Shown: positions 39,760 through 50,123, counted from the stretch's first letter. The stretch: DNA of 64,000 nucleotides from an uncultured Planctomycetota bacterium (GCA_963841915.1 CAWJEN010000006.1:1681384-1745383), one strand, 5' to 3'. Made by a program: numbers and translations. The notes: generated from the sequence alone by a model not told the origin.

Positions 39760-41548
39760 CTACGCCGACAACTTTTCGAGTTCGTCCCACCGGGCGTACA
39801 GACGATCAACCGTCGCCTGGGCCTCGCCGAGCTGTTCGTACGCAGCTGTCAGTTTCACGTGATCAACCACGATGTCGGGCGAAGCAACCTTGGCCTGCAT
39901 TGCTTCGACAGCCGACTCAGCTTCGAGAATTGCTGCCTCCATCCGCTCGAGTTCGAGTCGCTCCTTGAGCTTGAGCTTCTTGGCCGGTGCGGCCGCCATT
40001 TTGGGCGGAGCAACGGCTGCACGCTTGGCGTCGGCCTCGCCTTTGAGCCGTGCCGCGCGGTCACGCTCCCACTGATGCAGGCTGGCAAACAGCTTCACGC
40101 CGCCTTTGCCGTCAAGGCTCAGCAGCTCGTCGCTGGCGCGTTCGAGTAGCAATCGATCGTGCGTGATGAGCACGACCGCACCGGGGAATTCGCTCAACGC
40201 GGTTTCGAGCACGTCGAGCGTCGGAATGTCCAGGTCGTTCGTCGGCTCGTCGAGCACAAGCACGTCGGCCTCCTCGAGCATCAGCCCTGCCAGCAGCACC
40301 CGCGCCCGCTCGCCACCCGAGAGCTCACCGACCGGCAGATCAAGCTGATCGGGCCGGAACAGGAATCGCTGTGCCCAGCCGACGACATGGACCTCAATGC
40401 CGTTCTGGTTCATCGAGTCGCCGTTAGGAAACAGCGCCCGGCGGAGCGGCGTGTCGGGGTCGAGCTCCGCCCGATGCTGGTCGAAGACGACGACACGCAG
40501 GCCCGGCGCGAAAGAGCGTGCCGGCGTCGGGCTCAAGGTCGCCGCGGAGCAGGCGGACGAGCGTGGTCTTGCCGCTGCCGTTGGGGCCGATGAGGCCAAG
40601 CGTTTCTCCGGGCGAGAGCGTGAGCGAGACGCCGTCAAAAAGCTTGCGACCGCCGAGACTCTTGGCGACGTTATCAAACTGTGCGAGCTTCGTCGTTCGT
40701 CGGCCCGACGCACCAAAGGACAGGTCGGCCGTCCCGCGTGAGGCGTTGCGTTGGCGAACGTCCTGGAGTTCCGCCTTCATTTCGCCGGCCCGCTCAATTC
40801 GTCCCTTGGCCTTGGTCGTGCGGGCTTTGGCCCCTCGCTGAAGCCACGCCTCTTCACGCCGCACACCGCTGGCGAGCGACTTTTCGCGAGCTTCCTGGGC
40901 GGTCAGGAAGGCTTCGCGTTTCTCGAGAAACTTCGTGTAGCCGCCGTCGCTGGAGAGGTAGCCGTCGGGGTACGCGCGGTCGAGCTCGACGATTCGCGTG
41001 GCCGTGGCGTCGAGGAAGCGACGATCGTGCGAGACGATGAGCGATGCAAAGCGGCCGGCCTTGATAAGACCTTCAAGCCAGATCACGCCTTCGAGATCGA
41101 GGTGGTTCGTCGGCTCGTCCATCAGGACAAGATCGGGCTCGATGACGAGCTGCCGCGCGATCGACAGACGCTTCCGCCAGCCACCCGACAGCGTTGCGGC
41201 CGAAGCGGTGGGTGACTCAAAGCCGACGCGGGATAGTGCCGTTTCTGCCTGCCGACGTCGCGTTGCGTCGTCACCGTCAGGCACGTTGCGTAGCACGACC
41301 TCGACGGCCGGTACATCGTCGAAGGCTTCCTCCTGCGGGACGAAGCCGACCGACAGTGCACGCCGCGTGACCAAGTCGCCCTCGTCCGGCTCCTCGAGTC
41401 CCGACAGAATTTTCAACAGCGTCGACTTGCCCGAGCCGTTGGCCCCGATGAGGCCGATGCGTTCACCTTCGCTGATGCCGAGGGTGACGTCGGTGAATAA
41501 GGTCCGCCGGCCGAAGCTTTTGGAGAGGTTTCTTCCGGTGAGCAGCAC
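39760..41548 (-). CDS. ABC-F family ATPase, Uup-like (frameshift near 40508)
   Basis: Two NBDs (GANGSGKS/LSGG/DEPTNHLD; GPNGSGKT/LSGGE/DEPTNDLD) and a C-terminal coiled coil ending YARWDELE, split over two frames. Confidence 0.9.
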
Positions 41549-41575
41549 GCGGGGCGAGGGTAGGGCCGCGCGACA

Positions 41576-42370
41576 TCACTCGACATCCAACGCTGGCCAC
41601 GCTCCTTCGGGCATCGAGCCGGGTCTCAGGAAGACGTCGTTCAGTGCCACGTCGAAGTTGTCAGCTTCAGTATCGGGCCAGCCGGTGCCGTCCACTTCGA
41701 CCGCCTCGAGCACCGCCAGCGGGACATACTTTGCCCCGCCGTGCCCCCAGGCCACATTGAGCCCGTCACCGTGCCGCTCGGCGATCTGGCTCGGCTTGTG
41801 GAACAGGTCGGCAAGAACTGCCTCGTTGTTGTGGCGCTGCAGCTTGGGCAGAGGCACTTCGGGCATATCCGTATTTGGATTCGCCCCCGCTTCGGCCGGC
41901 TCGGGCCAATCGACCAGCGGCCGCGTGCCGTAACCGAAACGTGTGCGAAAGCTGCCGGGGTTCCCAGGCGGCCACAAGTTGTCACGCGTGTCGAACTGGA
42001 TTTGCTCGTCCCGTTCTTCTGGGCAGTACCACACCTCGGGCGACGGGATCAGGTCTGCCGCGAAAAGCTGTCCGAGCCACCGCAGAGCCGCAGGGCCGGT
42101 CGGCGGACTGGCTGGAGCAAAGCCTGCTCTATTCCGGCTGGCAGCATAATTGAACTGCTTCCAGCCGTTTGTGTAACCGAGCGGCACCTGGTAGTCGAAG
42201 TCGTTGGCGTAGTTGACGAGCGTCGCATGCCCCTGCCGCAAGTTGCTCAGGCAGACGACCTTGCGGGCAGACTCGCGGGCGCGGCTCAGCGTCGGCAGCA
42301 GGGTGCCGATCAGCAACGCGATGATGCCGATGACGACCAGCAACTCGACGAGCGTGAAGCCACGTTCCAC
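41576..42370 (-). CDS. Prepilin-type N-terminal cleavage/methylation protein
   Basis: [28 protein letters not shown] and [12 protein letters not shown]. Confidence 0.88.
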   Translation of the reverse strand: MERGFTLVELLVVIGIIALLIGTLLPTLSRARESARKVVCLSNLRQGHATLVNYANDFDYQVPLGYTNGWKQFNYAASRNRAGFAPASPPTGPAALRWLGQLFAADLIPSPEVWYCPEERDEQIQFDTRDNLWPPGNPGSFRTRFGYGTRPLVDWPEPAEAGANPNTDMPEVPLPKLQRHNNEAVLADLFHKPSQIAERHGDGLNVAWGHGGAKYVPLAVLEAVEVDGTGWPDTEADNFDVALNDVFLRPGSMPEGAWPALDVE

Positions 42371-42389
42371 ACCGTCACCGTAGCACCGA

Positions 42390-43118
42390 CTATCCCGCGA
42401 CTGGCTCCTTTTGCGGCGTCGGTCGGTTCGGTGGCAGGAACCCTTCACCGTTCTCCGCCCGGTCGTCCATCGCCTCCTTCAGAGGCGTCAACAACTCGAT
42501 GATCCGACGCAGCACGCGGATCTGGCTCTGCGTCGCATCCACCTCGGCCACCAGATGGTCGTCGTAGTGATCCAGCAGCGGACGCGTCTGCTCCTCGTAC
42601 ACCGTCATGCGACGGCGGATCACCTCGTCTTTGGCGTCGTCGACGCGGTTCTCCTTGAACGCCCGTCGTTTGAGCCGCTCGACCATCTTCTCGAAGTCAG
42701 CCTTGAGGTGGATGATCCGCACGACCTCAATCGTGTTCTCCAGCAGCACCGCCTGCTTAACGCTCCGCGGCACACCGTCGAGAACGAGCAACTCGGTCTC
42801 GGGGTGGAAGCCGTTGATCATCTCCGTGCCGCGGATGAACTGCCGCCAAACATCGATCGTGAACTCGTCCGGCACGAGCTCCCCGTGGCTGGCGTAGTCC
42901 CAGAAGACGCGACCGGCGTGGCTTTGCAGGTCGAGGCTGCGGAAGATGTCGCCCGTCGCGCTGTGGAAGAAGCCTGGAATGGCCGACAGGATGCGCCCTT
43001 GCGTCCCTTTACCGCTTCCGGGCGGGCCGAAGAGCAGAATGGCCTTGTACCGCCTGCCGCCGTCCTCGGGCGCGGTCGACGTCAGCGGCTCGCGCGGCGA
43101 ATGAAGCGGGGCAGTCAT
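42390..43118 (-). CDS. adk: Adenylate kinase family protein (short LID)
   Basis: [28 protein letters not shown] and RxDD. Confidence 0.85.
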   Translation of the reverse strand: MTAPLHSPREPLTSTAPEDGGRRYKAILLFGPPGSGKGTQGRILSAIPGFFHSATGDIFRSLDLQSHAGRVFWDYASHGELVPDEFTIDVWRQFIRGTEMINGFHPETELLVLDGVPRSVKQAVLLENTIEVVRIIHLKADFEKMVERLKRRAFKENRVDDAKDEVIRRRMTVYEEQTRPLLDHYDDHLVAEVDATQSQIRVLRRIIELLTPLKEAMDDRAENGEGFLPPNRPTPQKEPVAG

Positions 43119-43143
43119 CGGAAGAAAAGTAACACACCTGCAG

Positions 43144-43848
43144 CTACCCGGCGCGGGTGGCCGATTGTCGCGGCAGCAACGCGTTCAACTCGGACGTGGA
43201 ACAGTCCGGCCCGTCGAGCCCGTATCGGAACAACCGTGCGTCCTGCCCGATGAGCGGCTCGGCAAGCTGTAGCGTCTCAGCGTCGTAGGCATCGCGGAAG
43301 TCGCTGCTGTTCCGCTCGTTACCACCGGGGATGGGAGCGTCGATGCCGATGCGGTCGCACACGTGCCGGTAGTCGTCGCTGATCGACTCGAAGCGGCCAA
43401 TGTAATCAACGATGACGTTGCCGGCCCGGTCGCAGACGAAGCTGTGTTGCGACCGACGCTTGCGATTTGCTTCCCAGGCGACGTAGGCGTTGAAGCTGCC
43501 GAGCTCTTTGACGGTGTTGTGCCGATGGTGCCGCGTCTCGCGCAGCATGAAGCGGTACTGACTGACAAGCCACGCGTACGGATTCCGCACGAAGGCGAAG
43601 GTGAACAAGTTGTCCCAGATGTCTGCAGGCAAATTGCGGCGGACAGTGGCAGCTGTGGCGTGGATCCGAAACCGTCGCCAGCTGTGTGGGCCGAGATAGT
43701 TGGCGTGGATCCCGACGCGGTCGAGCCACTTAGCAGGCGTGGTGACTTCGGGTCGATGGGCGAACGGCTCGAGCGCCCTAGCCACGTTGGTGCCGGCGGT
43801 CTTGCCAATGTGGATGAAACAGAACTGCTTCTCGTAGGACAAGATCAT
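43144..43848 (-). CDS. Sulfotransferase family 2 protein
   Basis: FIHIGKTAGT, FVRNP..VSQY and IGRFE. Confidence 0.85.
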   Translation of the reverse strand: MILSYEKQFCFIHIGKTAGTNVARALEPFAHRPEVTTPAKWLDRVGIHANYLGPHSWRRFRIHATAATVRRNLPADIWDNLFTFAFVRNPYAWLVSQYRFMLRETRHHRHNTVKELGSFNAYVAWEANRKRRSQHSFVCDRAGNVIVDYIGRFESISDDYRHVCDRIGIDAPIPGGNERNSSDFRDAYDAETLQLAEPLIGQDARLFRYGLDGPDCSTSELNALLPRQSATRAG

Positions 43849-44074
43849 CGGTCGCGTCTGACCGTACGCGACCCCTTCTTCGCAAGGCGGACGAACGGCG
43901 TAGTCGCTACAGATGTCCGCCAACAGCATCTAAACCCGGCAGAGGTGGCGCAGCGACACGTCGGCAAGCCATGGAAGCCGTTAGCTTCCACGCGTGTATG
44001 TGGCCTTGCAAAGTGCGGGGCCCGGGACCCTTCGACGCTTACGTCCCGGTGGGGACAAGGTGCACTTAACAAAC

Positions 44075-44731
44075 ATGAACCGTCATTGCTTTGCCTGCGA
44101 AACCCTCGAAACTCGCCGCCTGCTCTCGGCCACGGCACCCTCGGCACAAGTCGCCGACGGGTACTTGCTCATCTACGGCACTGAAGAGGCCGACGCCATC
44201 TTCGTCGACAGCGGGGTCGGTCTTGAAACCGACGTCCGTATCTCCACGCCCGCTGGTGAAGCCAGCTACACGTTCGCCCCGTGGAGCTTTGGCGGCATCC
44301 ACATCGACGCAGGCGGTGGGGACGACCTCGTCAGCACCAACGACGTCGTTGCCTGGCTCGGTGGCAGCATTCTCGGTGGCACCGGTAGCGATGCAATTTA
44401 CATCACCGACCCCAACGTCAGCCAAGATTTCTACCTCGATGGCGGCTCGGGTGACGACACCATCGACATCTACGGCGGCACCGTCAACGGCGTCATCTTC
44501 CGTGGCGGTGAGGGCGACGACCACGTCAAGCTCCAAGGCACCACCGTCTGGAATTACGTCAGCTTCCAAGGTGATGCGGGCAACGACTCGTTGAGCATCC
44601 TTGACTACTCAACGATTTACGGCTTTACCTACGTCGACGGCGGCGAGGGCAACGACGTGCTCTACACCGACGACAGCGGCATTCTCGGTGGCCTCTACTT
44701 CATCAACGTCGAAGAGCCGCTCTTCGCCTGA
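44075..44731 (+). CDS. Planctomycete extracellular protein (LEPR-XLL-like leader) with GGxGxD Ca-binding repeats
   Basis: ETLETRRLLS; repeated GGGDD, GGTGSD, GGSGDD, GGEGDD and GGEGND. Confidence 0.8.
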   Translation: MNRHCFACETLETRRLLSATAPSAQVADGYLLIYGTEEADAIFVDSGVGLETDVRISTPAGEASYTFAPWSFGGIHIDAGGGDDLVSTNDVVAWLGGSILGGTGSDAIYITDPNVSQDFYLDGGSGDDTIDIYGGTVNGVIFRGGEGDDHVKLQGTTVWNYVSFQGDAGNDSLSILDYSTIYGFTYVDGGEGNDVLYTDDSGILGGLYFINVEEPLFA

Positions 44732-44772
44732 AGCAATTTGTCTCCTGTTTAACTCGTCTATTAAACACCTAT

Positions 44773-45645
44773 TCAAGCGGGAGCAGCAGGCGTACGGTAC
44801 AAGGCATAGGCCTGAGCTTGCGGGGGCACGCCAGGTGTTCGGAGGCCCGGCCGCGTTGCGGTCGGGCTTTCTCTTTGCTCTGTCGGCGACGTCTCGTGCT
44901 CCGCCTCGGCTTGAGGGAGCATCATCAGCAAGGCGGCAAAGACGGCTGCACCCCCGGCAAAGGCCCAGAAACGGCTGTCCCGCTCGGCAGGCAACTCTTC
45001 TTTGAGCACGTTGAGCACCGTCGCACCGCACAAGAAGCCGAACAACCCGCCGGTGACGGCCGGATGAAGCTCGATCAGAATGCCGATGACCCAACCCGAC
45101 ACCGCCGCTGCGGCAAGAAGCCAGCGACCGATCCGGCGGTACAACGTTCGGTGCAACTCTCGCAAGCCCACGTCATTCACCAGAAAATGCGTGCCCATCG
45201 CCAAGGCGAACAGGGCAAGTTCACCTGGGCCGTAGAGCGACTCGCGGACGAGCAGGTAGCCGATGAGCGCGTTGTACAGGGCAAAGCTGCCGATGTGGAT
45301 CCAGAAGACGAGGTCGGGCGGTTCGGTGGCGTCGCCCCCCTCGCCGCGACCGGTCGCGTCGTCGGGTGACTTGATGACGGCCCATCGCTCCAGGCCGTAG
45401 AAGACAACCACACCTGCCAAGGCAGCCACGTAGATCGGCCGCTCGACGCCCCCAACCTGTTCGATTTGCGCAGAAAAATGCGCCGCCTCTGGTAGCAGGT
45501 GCACAAAGACGTAGGCCACGCTCGTGCCACCGGCGATGCTCAAGATCCGGGACCGCGGCGACCGACCCGCCAGGCGAAGCTGCCCTCCGAAGACATGCAC
45601 CGCTGCCAGGATTACAGTGACGCCCAGGGCGAGCCAGATCTGCAT
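44773..45645 (-). CDS. Integral membrane protein (possibly ZIP-like)
   Basis: About 8 TM helices; AGG..VAYVFVHLLPE, HFLVND and LKEELP. Confidence 0.7.
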   Translation of the reverse strand: MQIWLALGVTVILAAVHVFGGQLRLAGRSPRSRILSIAGGTSVAYVFVHLLPEAAHFSAQIEQVGGVERPIYVAALAGVVVFYGLERWAVIKSPDDATGRGEGGDATEPPDLVFWIHIGSFALYNALIGYLLVRESLYGPGELALFALAMGTHFLVNDVGLRELHRTLYRRIGRWLLAAAAVSGWVIGILIELHPAVTGGLFGFLCGATVLNVLKEELPAERDSRFWAFAGGAAVFAALLMMLPQAEAEHETSPTEQRESPTATRPGLRTPGVPPQAQAYALYRTPAAPA

Positions 45646-45729
45646 GCGGCCGACGGTAAAGCAACGGGCGACACGTCCCAAGGGTCGATCTTGAAGGCGG
45701 GTGCGTCTGCTGCCGATATAGAGGGTGCC

Positions 45730-45966
45730 GTGTCGGATGCTGACTACCGCCTGGAGCTGTCGACGAAGCCGAAGCCCGCCGTAAATGCGTTGCGTCCGCC
45801 GCGGCCGTGGCTCAGCGTCATGTTCGCCTGCTGCAGCGTGTACCAGCGTGTGTATCAGACCCCTGACGGCAGCTACTACCGCGGCAGGTGTCCCAAGTGC
45901 TCCAAGACAGTCTCCTTCAAGGTCGGAACGGGTGGCACGTCGGTCCGGCAGTTCATCGCGACCTGA
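45730..45966 (+). CDS. Small Cys-rich (CC...CxxC) putative zinc-binding protein
   Basis: FACCSVYQRVY..GRCPKC; heads a 3-gene run. Confidence 0.65.
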   Translation: MSDADYRLELSTKPKPAVNALRPPRPWLSVMFACCSVYQRVYQTPDGSYYRGRCPKCSKTVSFKVGTGGTSVRQFIAT

Positions 45967-45995
45967 CTGTGATCGCCCCATAACGTCGGGTCGCG

Positions 45996-46487
45996 ATGCC
46001 AGCCATGCGTACCAACTCTGCCGCCTGGCCGGGCCTGAAACCCGACGGTCGATGCCACGCGACAGGTCAGCCGATTCCGCCGGGCGAGCCGTATGTGGTC
46101 GTTATTCTCGATTTACCCGACGGGCTCGAGCGTCGTGAGTACCTCGAGCCACCCACCGATGTCGCAGAGCCTTTGGCCATGTGGCGGACGACCATGCCGG
46201 ACGCCACCGCCCGCGACCGACGGGCACAGCGGCAGTCGACCGTTGCCACCCTCCGGTCGCTGGTTGAGCTCGAGCCGCAGGACGATCGAGCAATCCTGCT
46301 GCGTCTGGCGGCGACCCTGCTGCTCATTCGCAAGCGTCGCCTGACGCTCCTGGAGGCAACGCCCGATCACCTGCGGGTGGTATTTACCGGCGGCGAGCCG
46401 TTCCACGTGGAACAGCCGGCCGTCTCCGAAGCAAAGCTCGCCGACGCCGTCGACGAACTGGTTGCCTTGACGGAGACCGACGCTTGA
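45996..46487 (+). CDS. Hypothetical protein
   Basis: Fills the operon slot with typical codon usage; RC..TG..PGE and LLIRKRRL. Confidence 0.7.
   Translation: MPAMRTNSAAWPGLKPDGRCHATGQPIPPGEPYVVVILDLPDGLERREYLEPPTDVAEPLAMWRTTMPDATARDRRAQRQSTVATLRSLVELEPQDDRAILLRLAATLLLIRKRRLTLLEATPDHLRVVFTGGEPFHVEQPAVSEAKLADAVDELVALTETDA
46399..46414. promoter_or_regulatory. Intragenic parS-type site CGTTCCACGTGGAACA
   Basis: 15/16 match to the palindrome, encoded as P-F-H-V-E-Q. Confidence 0.7.
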
Positions 46488-47449
46488 GCCCTACGCGACC
46501 GCATCAACCCACACCGCAGCAAGGCCACTTCAGTGGGTTTGTCCAAAAGTTCATAAGGAGCGGCCACCCCCTGCTCCTACTGCTCACAATCCTCGTCGGG
46601 TGCCAAGCCAAGTCTGGGCCGAAGAGCGAGCCGCTCGGGCCGATGACGGTGCTCTCGATGTCCGAGCTCATCAGCCGCGTCAACGCCAACAACCGACGAC
46701 TCGATTCGCTCTGGGCCAGCGGTTACTTCGAAGCCGTCGCCAAACGATCGCCCGACGACCGTGGCACCGTCATCAACGGCACCCTCAACGTCCAGCACCT
46801 CAAGCCCAATTCGCTCCGCCTCAAGGGCGAGAAGGACATCTTCAACGACGTCCTCGACCTCGGCACCGACGGCGAGAACATTTGGCTACGCGTCCCAAGC
46901 GAAGGCGTCATCTACACCGGCACCGACGGCCGCCTCGACCCACGCAAGACCAGCGGCCTGCCGATCCGCCCTGACCTCATCCTGCAGGTGCTGGGCGTCA
47001 ACCTACTGCCGACCGACCTGACGGCGTTCCCCGCGCCGACGCTGCGGATCAACCCGGACGGACGCGTGCACATGGTGGCGTTCATCGAGCCGGCGGTACT
47101 CGGCGAACAACGGCTCAAGGTCTCCCGCGAGGTCTGGTACGACGTGCCGAGCGACCCCGACCAGCCGCCGGTCCCGCAGAAGGTGATCCTCAGCGACGAT
47201 GCGGGGCTGCCCGTACTGGTCGCAACGCTGCTGCGGCACGAACCGGTCGGCGGTGACGGTGGGCCGCTCGTGGCCACGCGGTACTTGCTCTATTTTCCTC
47301 AGACGAAGGGCAAGATGCGGATCGATCTCGACAAGCTCCTCTTTTCCGTCGACGCCAGACGCGGCCCCGACATTCCCAACGTGCGCAGCTTCCGATTCGA
47401 CGCAAGCCAGTATCCGGAGCGGGTCGAGAGCCTTGATTTCGACGAATGA
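46484..47449 (+). CDS. Hypothetical lipoprotein (possible LolA/LolB-like fold)
   Basis: LVGC lipobox; beta-rich segment DLGTDGENIWL; 4-bp overlap with upstream gene. Confidence 0.7.
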   Translation: MSPTRPHQPTPQQGHFSGFVQKFIRSGHPLLLLLTILVGCQAKSGPKSEPLGPMTVLSMSELISRVNANNRRLDSLWASGYFEAVAKRSPDDRGTVINGTLNVQHLKPNSLRLKGEKDIFNDVLDLGTDGENIWLRVPSEGVIYTGTDGRLDPRKTSGLPIRPDLILQVLGVNLLPTDLTAFPAPTLRINPDGRVHMVAFIEPAVLGEQRLKVSREVWYDVPSDPDQPPVPQKVILSDDAGLPVLVATLLRHEPVGGDGGPLVATRYLLYFPQTKGKMRIDLDKLLFSVDARRGPDIPNVRSFRFDASQYPERVESLDFDE

Positions 47450-47503
47450 TGCCGGTGCGGAGCAGGCGTGGGCAAGCCAGGCCACACCTGTTGTAATCGG
47501 CGT

Positions 47504-48855
47504 GTGAGCTTCACCGTCATCCTGTGGTACCTGATCGTCGGTGTCCTGCTCGTCACCGTCGGGGCGGCGGCGCCGTTTCTCAAGAAAACGTGGCTTTCCT
47601 GCACCGTGCTCTATCTCGGGCTAGGCATGCTGATGGGACCGGCGGCCCTTGGGCTGCTGACGATCCGGCTTGTCGAGGACGCTAAGTTCCTCGAACACCT
47701 GACGGAGATCGCGGTCGTCGTCTCCTTGTTCGCGGCCGGTTTGAAGATGCGGATGCCGCTGCGAGACAAGCGGTGGTTGGCCCCGATGCTCCTGGCGACT
47801 GTCACGATGACGCTGACCATCGCCGTCACCGCGTCGCTCGGGTGGATGCTGCTGGCGCTACCGCTGGGCATGGCAGTGCTGCTCGGGGCGGTGCTGGCGC
47901 CGACCGATCCGGTCCTGGCAGGTGGCGTGCAGCTTGAGAACCCGGACGACAAGGACAGGCTCCGCCTCATGCTCACAGGCGAAGCAGGCCTCAACGATGG
48001 CACCGCCTTTCCGTTCGTCTTGCTGGCTGTCGGACTCGTCGGGCTCAGCGTCGGCGAGCCGTTGCACGGGCTCGGCGCATTCGGGTGGAAGTGGGTCGCC
48101 CTCGACATCGTCTGGCGGATCGTGGGCGGCGTCGTCATCGGCTGGTTCGGCGGATGCTGGCTGGCCCGCGGGGCGATCTGGTGCCGCAAGCAGGTCAAAG
48201 CCGACCCGGGGCCGACGAGATGCTGTCGCTCGGTCTGATCGCACTGATCTACGGACTGGCTTTGCTGGTCCACACCTACGCGTTTCTGGCTGTTTTTGCC
48301 GCCGCTGTCGCGTTTAGGCGGTTGGAGCTGGCCGACAACTCCGACCAGTCCGAGGCAGAAGCCATTGCTGAGGCCGAGCGGGAGGCCGACCAGGCTCGGC
48401 TGAAACACGAGGCGGAGAAGCCGGAACACGCCCGGGCAATCCTGCTGCGGGATCAGGTCGAGGTGGCTGATTCGTTGGAGAAGCTCGTCGAGGTGACCCT
48501 GGTGGTGCTGGTCGGTGCCATGTTGCTGCCGCGACTGTCGTGGGACTTCACGCCCTGGTTATTCGCCGCCTTGATGCTGCTGCTCGTTCGACCGATCTGC
48601 GTCTACCTGACGGCCAGGCGGTGCGAGATCACGCCGACTCAGCGCGGCATGACCGCCTGGTTCGGCATCCGTGGCATCGGCACGCTCTATTACCTGACGC
48701 ACGCGTTCGGCCTCGGCGTTCTTGATGCAGAGCCGGAGCTGTCTCGCCTGCTGGCCGACATCTGCTTGGCGACGATCACGCTGAGCATCCTGCTGCACAG
48801 CACGTCGGTCACGCCCTTGATGCGGTGGTACGCCAAACGCTGCGAGACTGCTTAA
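47504..48855 (+). CDS. Cation:proton antiporter (CPA1/NhaP-like; frameshift near 48210)
   Basis: LAPTDPVLA, EAGLNDG and WFGIRGIG; one G missing in a G-run. Confidence 0.88.
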
Positions 48856-48907
48856 CGCGCTGCGCGGCGGCGGCCAAGGGAGGATCGGCGGGCTGTGGAC
48901 TGCAGAA

Positions 48908-48923
48908 TGTTCCACGTGGAACA
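48908..48923. promoter_or_regulatory. parS-type site TGTTCCACGTGGAACA
   Basis: Perfect palindrome. Confidence 0.85.
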
Positions 48924-48974
48924 TCGGCCGACCCCCGCCGGCGTCCAAGGCGTGGGTTTTCTCGTCGCCTTCGT

Positions 48975-48990
48975 TGTTCCACGTGGAACA
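48975..48990. promoter_or_regulatory. parS-type site TGTTCCACGTGGAACA
   Basis: Perfect palindrome 67 bp downstream of the previous one. Confidence 0.85.
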
Positions 48991-49146
48991 TTCTGCGTCC
49001 TCGGCTACGGCGGCGGGTCGTCCTTGCTGCTGGCCGGGTGCTAGGCCGATTGCAGGCACTATGCGCTGCGGGAGGTACACCGTGGTCCACGTTGCGACGG
49101 ACTACGACATCCGCCGCCGCGGCCGCCACCGCGCGACAAGCTCCAC

Positions 49147-49184
49147 AAAAAAGACGAAGCCCGCCGAGAACGGCGGGCTTCGTC
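49147..49184 (-). terminator. Rho-independent terminator of the PEP-CTERM gene
   Basis: 14-bp perfect stem GACGAAGCCCGCCG/CGGCGGGCTTCGTC, 4-nt loop, U6 tract on minus strand. Confidence 0.88.
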
Positions 49185-49233
49185 AGATTCAGGCGGTCAA
49201 GCCGCCAGCGATCGAATCGCTCTGAGCCGAAGC

Positions 49234-49776
49234 TCAGGCGGCGCGACGACGGCGGAGCATGCCGAGGGCGACCATGCCCAGGACACCAGCGGTGGCCGGC
49301 TCCGGCACGTTGATGAACGTCAGGACAACGTTCTCGAACGGGGTGTTGTCGGCGGCGATGAAGGTCGCTGACAGGTCCGACGTGATCAAACCGAGGTCGG
49401 CGTAGGCGCTGACATCGACGATGTTGCCGAGGTTGAAGCCATCAAGAACGCCGGGCTGAAGGGCAGCACCGGTGTTACCAGCGGCGAAGTTGAAGTTGTC
49501 ATCGATGGAGCTCAGGAACGAGAACACGGTGAACGTGCCCGGATCGACGAGGAGCAGGCCCGAAGCTGGGTTGCCACCGGCGAACGGAGCGTTGGCCGGG
49601 AGGAGGGCGCCGGAAGCGCTGACGAGCTCGAAGCCGGCGACAGGGGCGCTGACATCAAAGACGACTTCGCCGGTGGCGGCGTCGATGATGAAACTGAAAT
49701 CGGACGAGTCCTGGGCCGAGGCAAAGCTCGGCAGGGCGACAGCGGCGATGGCCGCGGCAAGAAGGGTGGTCTTCAT
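49234..49776 (-). CDS. Small PEP-CTERM surface protein
   Basis: SD GGAG, signal peptide and VPEP-TM-RRRR. Confidence 0.88.
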   Translation of the reverse strand: MKTTLLAAAIAAVALPSFASAQDSSDFSFIIDAATGEVVFDVSAPVAGFELVSASGALLPANAPFAGGNPASGLLLVDPGTFTVFSFLSSIDDNFNFAAGNTGAALQPGVLDGFNLGNIVDVSAYADLGLITSDLSATFIAADNTPFENVVLTFINVPEPATAGVLGMVALGMLRRRRAA

Positions 49777-50123
49777 AAGGTGTTTCTCCAGCTCCACGTG
49801 GAAAGTGAATGGTGGCAATAGTGCACTTGCTGCGGCCCCGACGCTTGTCGGAATTGCCGCGACAGGCACACTCTAACACACGTGCGACTGCTGGGAAGGT
49901 AAAAAATGGACGTCTTCTGCGAATATTTCTCGTCGCCGTCTCCACAGACTGTAGAGGCCGATTCAGGTCGCTACAAGCTCCCCATATTAACGGCACGCAC
50001 AAGATTACGGGTGCCGTTGGGAGCAGATAGACCGCCTGACGCCCCCAGAACCGGCGATGCCCACCAGCCATCGGCTGTTGCGTAGCCGACCGTTGTCCAC
50101 AGGCCAACCACGACAGCATGTCC

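Larger units (their letters stand above)
48860..49138. repeat. Dispersed ~270-bp element, copy B, with two parS-type palindromes and terminal inverted repeats
   Basis: Collinear with 16004-16290; ends GCGCGGCGGCGGCC / GGCCGCCACCGCGC are 13/14 inverted. Confidence 0.7.

Noticed and set aside
44746..44767. TGTTTAA-N8-TTAAACA as a dif or recombination site
   Set aside because: Does not match XerC/XerD arm consensus; more likely a weak hairpin between convergent genes
50093..50101. oriC in this intergenic region
   Set aside because: A single DnaA-box-like word, with no box cluster or clear AT-rich unwinding element
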